Shown here: one piece after another, positions 1 through 8,252 of the stretch
Position numbering within the stretch: the stretch's first letter is position 1
Layout: the number at the start of each line of letters is the position of its first letter
Assembly: GCA_965262915.1 (NCBI GenBank)
Contig: OZ253564.1
Span: 2,496,001 to 2,560,000 of the forward strand
Source of the DNA: Candidatus Spongiisociaceae bacterium
GTDB taxonomy: Bacteria > Actinomycetota > Acidimicrobiia > Spongiisociales > Spongiisociaceae
DNA: 64,000 nt
Reading direction: 5' to 3'
Made by a program: the position numbers and the translations under genes
Notes under the pieces: model-generated
What the model was told of the DNA's origin: nothing
The model's input: the letters and a program-made list of their open reading frames with translations, nothing else
Databases searched by the model: none

Positions 1-117
1 CTCTCGGACTCGATGCCGAGGGCTCGTTTCGACGAGATCCTGGCCCGGTGCTCCGAGTTGGAGAGTTGCGAGGACATCGGGGCCTTCGTCGGTTCTCTCG
101 GCGCCGATGCGTCCTGA
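1..117 (+). CDS. C-terminal end of a gene entering from the left, probably MmgE/PrpD family (partial)
   Basis: Frame 1 reads LSDSMPRARFDEILARCSELESCEDIGAFVGSLGADAS*, resembling the helical C-terminus of MmgE/PrpD proteins (compare the end of 62636..64000). Confidence 0.45.
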   Translation, partial: LSDSMPRARFDEILARCSELESCEDIGAFVGSLGADAS

Positions 118-164
118 TCCGCAAGTCCGGTAGTCCTCCGGATACCTGAGAAAGGAAGCGTGAC

Positions 165-584
165 ATGTCCCTCCCCGCCGCCGACAAGGTCGAGATCCAC
201 GAACTGGTAGCCCGATACAACCGGGCTATCGACTCGGGCGATGTGGAGGGCTGGGTGGATACCTTCCTCCCGGACGGGGTGTTCGAGGGTCTGGTGGTCC
301 CCACCTTCCGGGGCCACGACGAGTTACGGGCCTTCGCCACCGAATTCTGGACCGAACCCGAGTACGCCGAGTGGCGGGGCGCCCAGCACTGGACCACCAA
401 CATGATCATCGATGGCGAGGGTGACCGAGCCACCCTGTTCGCCTACCACATAATGTTCACGCCCCACGGTCCGGGTGCCAACCCTGCCCTGCTGGCCGCC
501 TACGACGACGAACTTCGCAAAGTGGATGGCCGGTGGCGCTTCTCCCGGCGCCGCGTGATCGAGTTCCCCGGCGACGTGGCCTGA
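165..584 (+). CDS. SnoaL-like / NTF2-family protein
   Basis: EIHELVARYNRAIDSGD...WVDTF.PDG...YDDELRKVDGRWRFSRR pattern; AAGGAAG RBS upstream. Confidence 0.85.
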   Translation: MSLPAADKVEIHELVARYNRAIDSGDVEGWVDTFLPDGVFEGLVVPTFRGHDELRAFATEFWTEPEYAEWRGAQHWTTNMIIDGEGDRATLFAYHIMFTPHGPGANPALLAAYDDELRKVDGRWRFSRRRVIEFPGDVA

Positions 585-766
585 CCCGCAGAGTCAGCCT
601 GCCTAGCGCTGTGAAGGGTGGGCGCCGGTCCCGTGGGCTGCATGCGCCGGGAGGTGGTGAGTTTCGGCCGATGATCAGAGCCCGGTAGACCAGGAGCCGG
701 CCATTGGCGAAGGAATGGCTGATTGACGCCGCACTCCACGCTTGCGGGTAATCGCCGAATCCCGCG

Positions 767-978
767 TCAGGTCGCGAAAAACGCGACCGCCGGCTTGTCC
801 TCCGGGCCCTCCCCCGCCACCACCGTTCCTGAGTTCCGAGCGCGTTCTGCCCGCACCTGGGGGGCTGTCCGGCACCTAGATTCGTGATCCCTCGGGCGGT
901 CGAAATGACGTCCGGTTCGAGACCGCCGGGTGTTTGACACCAACCAATATGCCACAGGGTTGTGACAGGTTCAACCCT
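767..978 (-). repeat. Promoter-bearing intergenic repeat, family B (subfamily B1), copy 1
   Basis: Aligns block by block with 2170..2387 (reverse complement) and 36343..36553; minus-strand TTGAAC(969-974)-N17-CATATT(946-951). Confidence 0.8.
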
Positions 979-1038
979 CTCGAGCGGGCAAGTTCCTCCC
1001 CGGATGGGCTTCCGGCCACCCGAGAGCCGTGTGGCGGG

Positions 1039-2088
1039 TCAGTCGCCCAGGGAGTCGACGATGTGCATGATCCCGTCTCTGGCCATGGGGTTGGGCAGGT
1101 AGCTGCTGAAACCGGGGTAGAGCGGGAAGATGATCGGCAGGGTGATGCCGGCCGCCCGGTACACGTCGATCTTCTCCCGGCACATCTCCGGCGTTCCGTA
1201 GACGGTCACCGCGTCGGCCATCTCGTCGTCGATCAGGTCCACGGCGGCCTCCATGTCCCCCGCCTCGACCCGTTCGGTCACTTGGCGGGCGATCTCTCCC
1301 TTGCCGCGGCGGTTGAAGTAGGTGCGGTAGTAGTGGTACGAGGACATGTGGATGGCCACGTCGTGCTTGGCCGCCAGCTTGGCGGCCTCCACGTCCTCGC
1401 TGACCGAGGTCGGCAGGTAGCACCCGAGCTCGATCTCGGCCGGATCCCGACCTACCCGGGCCGCTCCCCTGGCCACAGCCTCCTTCATGACCGGCACGAA
1501 GTCGAGCGGCACGAAGATCGGCGCCACCCCGTCGGCGATCTCGCCGGCCAACTCGAAGGTCTTCTCGGCCAGCGCACCGTAGAAGATCTCGATGTTGTCG
1601 CGGTACGGTCCCAGCCACGGCTCGTAGTCGCGGACGTGGAAGACCTCACCCCGGTAGCGGACCGGCTCGCCCTGGTAGGCGCCCTTGATGACGGCGCGGG
1701 TCAACTCGGTGGTCTCGCGCAGCCTCTGCAGCGGCCGCTCGAAGGGGGAAGGCCGGTTGATCTCCACGTCGTCGCGCATCAGGTGGATCTCGCGATGGCC
1801 GACCCCCAGGCCCAGGCGGAACCGGCCCTCGGAGATGGAGTCGACGGTGGCGGCGGCGATGGCGATGGTGGTCGGGTTGCGGGTGAACACCGTCGCCACG
1901 CCGGTGCCCAGGATTATCTGCTCGGTCTCGCGGGCGCATGCGGCCAGGAAACAGAACGGGTCCGAGAAGCTCTCGATTATGTAGGCGGACTCGTAGCCGC
2001 GCCGGTCGGCCAGCTTGACCACGTCGATGAGATCGTTGATCGGCATGCCTCCCCAGAGGCCGAGCCCGAGCCTGTCCATGTGAAACAC
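1039..2088 (-). CDS. LLM-class (luciferase-like) flavin/F420-dependent oxidoreductase
   Basis: GYESAYIIE, LGTGVATVFTRNP, SEGRFRLGLGVGH, LAGEIADG, YGTPEMCREKI motifs; alternative ATG start at 2079. Confidence 0.9.
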   Translation of the reverse strand: MFHMDRLGLGLWGGMPINDLIDVVKLADRRGYESAYIIESFSDPFCFLAACARETEQIILGTGVATVFTRNPTTIAIAAATVDSISEGRFRLGLGVGHREIHLMRDDVEINRPSPFERPLQRLRETTELTRAVIKGAYQGEPVRYRGEVFHVRDYEPWLGPYRDNIEIFYGALAEKTFELAGEIADGVAPIFVPLDFVPVMKEAVARGAARVGRDPAEIELGCYLPTSVSEDVEAAKLAAKHDVAIHMSSYHYYRTYFNRRGKGEIARQVTERVEAGDMEAAVDLIDDEMADAVTVYGTPEMCREKIDVYRAAGITLPIIFPLYPGFSSYLPNPMARDGIMHIVDSLGD

Positions 2089-2169
2089 CCGCCTTTCTGT
2101 CGTCGCTGTCGTCGTCCCTCAGACCATGCGCTGGTGGGCGAGCATCGAGCTCGCGAGAAATACGCTACG

Positions 2170-2387
2170 CAAAGGGGTTGACCTTGTCACACCCGTGCCG
2201 CACAATAGGTGATACCAAACACCGGTGCGGCATCGAACCGGACGTCCTTCGGCCGCCCGCGGGATCATCAAGCTCGGAACCAGGTCGGCATCACCGAAGG
2301 CAGCGGCAGGACGCGTTCCGACCCCAGGAAAGGTGGTGGTGGGGGTGGGCCCGCCGGAGGGTCGGCGGGGGCGATTTTCGCGACCTG
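2170..2387 (+). repeat. Promoter-bearing intergenic repeat, family B (B1), copy 2
   Basis: TTGACC(2178-2183)-N17-CACAAT(2201-2206) followed by conserved blocks ending ATTTTCGCGACCTG. Confidence 0.8.
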
Positions 2388-2458
2388 GGGGCGTGGATCC
2401 AGCTTGGCCGGGCACCCGGTCGACGTGGTCGACTGCACCTTGGCCGGGGGTGCGGTGA

Positions 2459-3466
2459 TCACGTCCCATCCGCTGTGCCAGGCGTCTGCGCCCGATCCGT
2501 TACGAGGTTCCTCGGGCGGGTGGAACGGGCCAGCAGCCGGGTGTCGGCGGCGAACTCCCCGGACCGGATGCACGACACCGAGTGCTTGTCGCCGTAGTCC
2601 TCCTCGGGAGGTTCCGCCTCCGAACAGGCGGCGATCGACCATGGGCAGCGGGGCTCCAGCGGGCATCCGGGGGGTCGCTCCATCGGGCTGGGGATCTCAC
2701 CGATGAGCTCCACCGGGGCCATCGGGACGGTCGGGTCCAATTCGAGAGCCGACTGCATCAGCGCCCGGGTGTAGGGGTGCAACGGGTCGACGAACAGCCG
2801 GTCGGTCGGGCCCCGCTCGACGATCTTTCCCAAGTACATGATGGCGACCCGCTCGGTGACCGACCGGATGGCGAGCAGGTCGTGGCTGATCAGCAGGATG
2901 GCGGTGGACGAGCTTCCCCGGAGCCGCTTGATCAGCTCCAGCACCCCGGCCCGGGCGTCGGGATCCAGCGCGGTGGTGGGCTCGTCGAGGATCAGCAGGT
3001 CGGGTTCGAGGATCAGGGCCCGGGCTATCGAGGCCCGCTGCAGCAGTTCCTCGGGGAGGCCGTCGCAGTTCAGCAGCAGGTGGGTGCGGTCGAGTCCGAC
3101 CAGGGCGGCCGCCTCCTCCACCCGGGTCGCCAACTCGGCACCTCTCCGGACACCGTGGGCGAGCAGCGGATCGGCGATCGCCTCCCACACCTGGAAACGC
3201 CGGTTTACCGAGTCGCGCGGCTCCTGGAACACCATCCCGACCTGCGCATCGTCCGTGCCCCAGGTGATGGTCCCGCCGTCTGGCGCCAGCAGCCCGGCCA
3301 GGCACCGTCCCACCGTGCTCTTGCCGGAGCCACTCTCGCCGATCAGCCCCAGCACCTCGCCCCGGTCGATCCGGAAGGAGGCTTCCGCCACGGCCACCAG
3401 CCGGTCCCCACCCTCGAGGCGGAAGACCTTGCGCAGCCGCTCGACGGTCACCACCCGGCTCATCAC
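2459..3466 (-). CDS. Oligopeptide/dipeptide ABC transporter ATP-binding protein (OppF/DppF-like)
   Basis: Walker A GESGSGKS, Walker B LILDEP, H-loop ISHD, HPYT and Cys-rich C-terminal tail; LSGGQ signature degenerate (LPEEL). Confidence 0.9.
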   Translation of the reverse strand: MMSRVVTVERLRKVFRLEGGDRLVAVAEASFRIDRGEVLGLIGESGSGKSTVGRCLAGLLAPDGGTITWGTDDAQVGMVFQEPRDSVNRRFQVWEAIADPLLAHGVRRGAELATRVEEAAALVGLDRTHLLLNCDGLPEELLQRASIARALILEPDLLILDEPTTALDPDARAGVLELIKRLRGSSSTAILLISHDLLAIRSVTERVAIMYLGKIVERGPTDRLFVDPLHPYTRALMQSALELDPTVPMAPVELIGEIPSPMERPPGCPLEPRCPWSIAACSEAEPPEEDYGDKHSVSCIRSGEFAADTRLLARSTRPRNLVTDRAQTPGTADGT

Positions 3467-4245
3467 ACCCTCGCCCGCGCCAGCATGGCCGCCCCCGTAT
3501 TGCTCTGCGGTCCGGAGAAGAAAGCCACAGGCGTGGTGTGCTCCACCACCCGGCCCCGCTCGAGCACCGTGATCGTGTCCGAATAGTGCGCCACCACCCC
3601 CAGGTCCTGGGTGGCGATGACCAGCGTGAAGCCTTTCTGCTCCCGCAGCGATGCCAGGAGGTCCATCAGTTGGCGCTGGATGGTGACATCGAGACCCCCG
3701 GTCGGATCGTCGGTCGCCAGGACGCTGGGTTCGAGCAGCAGGGCGAAGCCGAGCAGCACCCGCTTGCGCATACCGCCGCTGAGCTCATCGGGCAAAGATG
3801 CCAGGACCCGGTCGGGATCGGCGATGCCCAGGTCGAGGAGGGCGGTGCGGGCCCGGTCCCGGATGGCGGCCCTCCGCTGCGACCTCCGCCGGCTCTGGCC
3901 GGCCAGCACCGAACAGACATCCTCGAAGTGGCGCCCCACCCTTATGACCGGGTTCAGTGCCTCCCTTCCGGAAGCGGGTACGAACAGCAGCCGTCTCCGT
4001 CGCATGACCAGCCGCTCGGCCGGGTCGAGAGTGGCCGGTTCGAGGCCGTCGACGGTCAACCGGCCGCTGACACGGGCCGCCGCGGGCCACATGCCGACCA
4101 GAGCACGGAGGAGAACCGTCTTGCCCGCCTCCCTCTCACCGATGAAGGCGTGGGTGAGGCCCGGGGCCAGATCGAAGGTGACCTCATCCAGCAGGCGCTT
4201 GTCGCCGATGGCGAGCGTGAAACGGTCGGCGGTGATGCCGCTCAT
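3463..4245 (-). CDS. ABC transporter ATP-binding protein (OppD/DppD-like, degenerate Walker B and H-loop)
   Basis: GEREAGKT, LSGGMRKR, LATDDP, IATQD; ATG at 4245 overlaps the stop of the upstream permease (ATGA). Confidence 0.85.
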   Translation of the reverse strand: MSGITADRFTLAIGDKRLLDEVTFDLAPGLTHAFIGEREAGKTVLLRALVGMWPAAARVSGRLTVDGLEPATLDPAERLVMRRRRLLFVPASGREALNPVIRVGRHFEDVCSVLAGQSRRRSQRRAAIRDRARTALLDLGIADPDRVLASLPDELSGGMRKRVLLGFALLLEPSVLATDDPTGGLDVTIQRQLMDLLASLREQKGFTLVIATQDLGVVAHYSDTITVLERGRVVEHTTPVAFFSGPQSNTGAAMLARARV

Positions 4246-5129
4246 CCGAACATCCTGTCCGCCCAGCGGTGGGACCTGGACAGAGTACCCGAACCTCCGC
4301 GGGACGGCGCCTCCCTGAGGCCCTCCCCCAGCAGCGAGAAGCCGAAGATGGTGAAGGCCAGCGACAGTCCGGGGAACAGCGACGGCCACCACTCCCCCGT
4401 GCCGAGCTGGTTCGAGCCCTCGGAGATCATCACCCCCCACTCCGCGGTGGGAAGGCGGACGCCCGCACCGACGAAGCTCAGGCCGGCGGTCAGCAGGATC
4501 GAGAAACCGATCATCACCGACACCAGGGAGGCGGCCGGACCCAGCGCGTTGGGCAGGACATGCCGGAAGGCGATCCGCAGCCGACTCCAGCCGGCGATGA
4601 TGGCCGCCTCGACGAACGGTTCTTCCCGCAACACCAGGATTCCGGTGCGGATCTGCCGCACGAACACCGGGGTGTTGACGAAGGCCAGGCCGAGTATCAG
4701 GTTGACGGGACCGGCCCCGAGCACCGCCACCAGTGCCAGGGCGAACACGAACACCGGGAAGGCCTGCATGACATCCATACCCCGCATGATGACCTGGGCC
4801 GAGAAGCCGCCGATCCGTCCGCGGTCCTCGAACATCCCGGCGACTGTCCCCAGCGGGATGCCTATGAAGAACGCCAGAAGGGTGGCCGCCAGCCCCACGG
4901 TCAGGTCGACGCGGGGGGCGTAGAGAGTTCTGGTAAGAATATCCATGCCCCTGCGGTCCGTGCCGAAGAGGAAATCACCGTCGGGTCCCGACAGTATCTC
5001 GCCGGTCAACTCCTCCGACCCGTACGGGGTGATCACCGGGGCGAGGAGAGCCAGCAGGACTATCAGGCCCACGATGGCCGCGCCCCATACCGTCTTGGCC
5101 CCGTAGCGGTCGAACACCTCCCGGATCAT
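4242..5129 (-). CDS. Peptide/nickel ABC transporter permease (DppC/OppC-like)
   Basis: FGTDRRGMDIL, FVEAA...G...RHVLPN, LSFVGAG...EWG motifs. Confidence 0.92.
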   Translation of the reverse strand: MIREVFDRYGAKTVWGAAIVGLIVLLALLAPVITPYGSEELTGEILSGPDGDFLFGTDRRGMDILTRTLYAPRVDLTVGLAATLLAFFIGIPLGTVAGMFEDRGRIGGFSAQVIMRGMDVMQAFPVFVFALALVAVLGAGPVNLILGLAFVNTPVFVRQIRTGILVLREEPFVEAAIIAGWSRLRIAFRHVLPNALGPAASLVSVMIGFSILLTAGLSFVGAGVRLPTAEWGVMISEGSNQLGTGEWWPSLFPGLSLAFTIFGFSLLGEGLREAPSRGGSGTLSRSHRWADRMFG

Positions 5130-6202
5130 GCCGACTCCGCCCTACCCAGGCGCGGATCCACCATCCAGAGGACCACGTCGACGAGCAGGTAGTTGACGAT
5201 GTTGAACACCGCGGCCAGCAGGATGAAACCCTGGAGGGCGGCGAAGTCGGCGCCTCTCAGAGCCGAGACGGCGTACTGCCCCACTCCACCCCACGAGTAG
5301 ATCTGCTCGACGAGAACCGCTCCTCCCAGAAGGAAGCCGTAGGTGATGCCGGCCACCGTCGCCACCGGCGGCAGGGCCAAGCGGACGACGCGCCGGTCGG
5401 TGAGCCGCTGGCGGATCCCGGCGCTGGCATACAGATCGTTGAAACCGGCCCGCATGGCCTCTTCGGAAGCGGCATTGGCGACTTTCACGATCAAGCCCGA
5501 GTAGACGAGCGTGAGGGTGAGCACGGGCAGGGCAAGGTGCTGGAGTGCCAGCCATAGCGTCGATAGGTCACCGGCCAGGAGCGAGTCGATGGTCAGCAAG
5601 CCGGTGACCCGGTCGGGTGGGGTGGCGAACCCGAGACGGCCGATGGGAGGCGGGAGGATCCCCCACGTATAGGAGAACAGGAACGCGAGGATCAGCGCCA
5701 GCCAGAAGTCCGGAATCGACCCGGAGAACATGGCATAGCCGAAGATCACCTTGCCCTTGCCCCGCATGCGCCGCCGAGCCATGGCGAAGCCCAGCGGGAT
5801 TCCCAGCACCAGGGAGACGAGCATCGCCAGCGAGATGAGCTCGAGGGTGGCCGGGGCCCGCTGGACCAGATCGTCGAAGACCGGCCTTCCGCTGGTGATC
5901 GAATCACCCAGGTCCCCCTGCGCAAGGTTGACGAGGAACGTCCAGAACTGGACAGGCAGGGACTCGTCGAGCCCCAAATGGCGACGGATGGATGCCAGTA
6001 CCCGTTCGCTCGCGGCGGGTCCGGCTATGACTCGGGCGGGGTCTCCCGGGACGAGGCGGATCAGGAAGAAAGCCGCCGTTGCCGCGCCGACCAACTGGAT
6101 GATCACGAAGCGGCCCCGACGAGCGACCAGGCGGCCGAGCCGCCCTAGACCACTCCGCTTCCCGGCGCTTCCCCTAGCCGCCTCTGTCGGCGTAGCAGTC
6201 AC
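5126..6202 (-). CDS. Peptide/nickel ABC transporter permease (DppB/OppB-like)
   Basis: VPGDPA, LGLD..LPVQF, GDLGDS, PATLEL, GGAVLVEQIYSWGGVG. Confidence 0.92.
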   Translation of the reverse strand: MTATPTEAARGSAGKRSGLGRLGRLVARRGRFVIIQLVGAATAAFFLIRLVPGDPARVIAGPAASERVLASIRRHLGLDESLPVQFWTFLVNLAQGDLGDSITSGRPVFDDLVQRAPATLELISLAMLVSLVLGIPLGFAMARRRMRGKGKVIFGYAMFSGSIPDFWLALILAFLFSYTWGILPPPIGRLGFATPPDRVTGLLTIDSLLAGDLSTLWLALQHLALPVLTLTLVYSGLIVKVANAASEEAMRAGFNDLYASAGIRQRLTDRRVVRLALPPVATVAGITYGFLLGGAVLVEQIYSWGGVGQYAVSALRGADFAALQGFILLAAVFNIVNYLLVDVVLWMVDPRLGRAESA

Positions 6203-6296
6203 TTAACGGTCTGCACGACCCGACGGTGACCCGCCGCGGCGACAGAGTGCAATCGTCATCCTCCAGCACTCTCCTGTAGCACGGATAGACGGTAGG

Positions 6297-6335
6297 ACCG
6301 GTGCCGGACGGGCTCCCACCCGCCCGGCACCCGGT
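6297..6335 (-). terminator. GC-rich stem-loop just after the substrate-binding protein gene (mRNA stabiliser or partial terminator)
   Basis: ACCGGTGCCGG...CCGGCACCCGGT imperfect inverted repeat directly 3' of the SBP stop; no U-tract. Confidence 0.55.
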
Positions 6336-6341
6336 TGCTTC

Positions 6342-8114
6342 CTACGAACGGCTCAGGTCGTAGAACCAGATCTGGTTGTTCGGGTACCACGTGTAACCCT
6401 CGATGTCGGGAGCGAATCCGTACCTCGTCGGCGCGCCCACCACCGAGAGGTGCGGAACGTCGTCAGCCATGATCTGCTGGATCTCGGTGACCAATGCGGT
6501 CCGCTCCGCGCCCGGCAGGACCGCCAGCGCCTCGGCGATGGCCGCGTCGAAGCGCTCGTTGGTGAACCCGCCGAAGCTCAGGAAACCGGTCGGACCCGAG
6601 ACATACAGAAGGTAGTGGTACGGGATGTCGGAAACGATGGCGTAGCCCTGGTGCAGCACCATGCCGATGTCGCCGGAGTTACCGACCTCGATATAGGCGG
6701 CTGCCGGCCGGGCGTCGATCTCGACGTTGACCCCTATCTGCGCCAGCGAGTCCCGGAGCAGAACTGCGACATTGTCGTGGTCGGCCACGTCGGCGTTGAT
6801 CAGAAGCGGGATGTCGAACCCGTCCGGATACCCTGCCTCGGCCAGCAACTGCTTCGCCGTCTCGATGTCGCCGTCGGCGGGATAGGGCCACACCTCGCCG
6901 GCGTAGTCGGGATACGAGGAGGGCGCCACCATCGACAGCGGGGCGGCGTCTCCCCCGTACACGTCGTTGATGATCCGGGATTGGTTGACCGCGTACTGCA
7001 TCGCCCGCCTGACCGCCGGGTCGGTGGTCGGCCCGGAGCCTTCGCGGGTGTTCATGGCAGCGAAGATCACCTGGTTACGAACGGCGGAGACTGTCTTGCC
7101 CTCTTCGGGGCTCAGCGACGCGAGTTCCCGGCTGGACAGGTTCTCGGCTATGTCGATCTGGCCCTGCTTGAGCAAGGCGAGGCGCTGTGACGAGTCGGGG
7201 ATCTCCCGGTAGATGATCTCGGAGAAGAAGGGCTCACCTCGCCAGTAGTTCTCGTTGGCCTTGAGCACCAGCTGGGAACCCGGGGTGAACTCCTCCACAT
7301 AGTAGGGGCCGAACCCCATCTGGTTCCGCTTCATCCACTCGGTCGCCCACGGGTCGTCATCGGTGGCGTTCGCCTTGGCCACCGTCGAATCCGCCGGGCT
7401 GATGGTCTGGAGCTGCATGGCCCGGTAGAACAGCGGGTTGGGAGCGGTGATGGTTATCTCCACGGTCCAGTCGTCGATCACCTTGACGTTGTCCATCGAC
7501 GGGATCTTGGCGACCCCGACTACGAAGGCGCCGACCACGGCAACGCCGAAGTTACGTTCGATCATCCAGCGCAAGTCCTCGGAGGTGAATTCGTTACCCT
7601 CCGCGCTCATCACGCCCTGGCGGAGATGCAGGGTGTAGGTGAGGTTGTCGGCCGAGACCTCGGTCCGCTCGACCAGGGCGGGGAGCATCCCTGCGTCTCC
7701 CTTGCGCAGCTCTGTGGCTCCGCGCACACCGCCGGGTCCTTCCTCCGACTCGAACCAGTAGAGGGAGTCGAGGACCGTGGTGATGATCTCTACGGACTCC
7801 TGTCCGGGTGCGAACTCCGGGTCCAGTGTGACGGGAAGAGCGGCCACTCCGACGATCAGCCGGCGATTCTCGTCCGAGGGCATCTCCTCGGGTTCTTCGG
7901 GCATCTCCTCGGGTTCTTCGGGCATTTCCTCGGGTTCTTCGGGCATTTCCTCAGGTCCCTCGGCCGCGGCCTGGGTGGTGGTGGCAGCCCGTGTGGTGGT
8001 CGGGTCCGCCTCGTCGTCACCACCGCACGCGGCGCCGACCAAGGTAAGTACCAGCAGAATCCCCAACAGTTTCCGGATCCGGTTCGCAATCATCACGCTC
8101 TCCTCTCGCGTCAC
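6342..8114 (-). CDS. ABC transporter substrate-binding lipoprotein, family 5 (peptide/nickel)
   Basis: Lipobox GAAC-GG, TLHLRQGV, GFGPYY, VRRAMQYAVN, AKQLLAEAGYPDGF; start may be ATG 8093. Confidence 0.92.
   Translation of the reverse strand: MTREESVMIANRIRKLLGILLVLTLVGAACGGDDEADPTTTRAATTTQAAAEGPEEMPEEPEEMPEEPEEMPEEPEEMPSDENRRLIVGVAALPVTLDPEFAPGQESVEIITTVLDSLYWFESEEGPGGVRGATELRKGDAGMLPALVERTEVSADNLTYTLHLRQGVMSAEGNEFTSEDLRWMIERNFGVAVVGAFVVGVAKIPSMDNVKVIDDWTVEITITAPNPLFYRAMQLQTISPADSTVAKANATDDDPWATEWMKRNQMGFGPYYVEEFTPGSQLVLKANENYWRGEPFFSEIIYREIPDSSQRLALLKQGQIDIAENLSSRELASLSPEEGKTVSAVRNQVIFAAMNTREGSGPTTDPAVRRAMQYAVNQSRIINDVYGGDAAPLSMVAPSSYPDYAGEVWPYPADGDIETAKQLLAEAGYPDGFDIPLLINADVADHDNVAVLLRDSLAQIGVNVEIDARPAAAYIEVGNSGDIGMVLHQGYAIVSDIPYHYLLYVSGPTGFLSFGGFTNERFDAAIAEALAVLPGAERTALVTEIQQIMADDVPHLSVVGAPTRYGFAPDIEGYTWYPNNQIWFYDLSRS
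7878..7956 (-). repeat. 21-bp coding tandem repeat (about 4 units) encoding (PEEMPEE)n linker
   Basis: GGGCAT(C/T)TCCTCGGGTTCTTC repeated on the + strand. Confidence 0.9.
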
Positions 8115-8252
8115 CCCCCTACAGGTAACGCTCTCACGACCTCACGAATATAGTGCCTAGGGTCAGGGCCGTCCATAGGTGGGTCGCCGGCCGGTGGACG
8201 TGGGGTGGTTAGGCAGCGTTGACAGGTGGCTCGGTCGTGGTCGGTGGTCGGC

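Noticed and set aside
908-930. tRNA T-arm-like GGTTCGAGACC in the B1 repeats (also about 2230 reverse complement and about 36490)
   Set aside because: No acceptor, D or anticodon arms can be built; it lies on the strand opposite the promoter and is absent from B2 copies. Not called a tRNA
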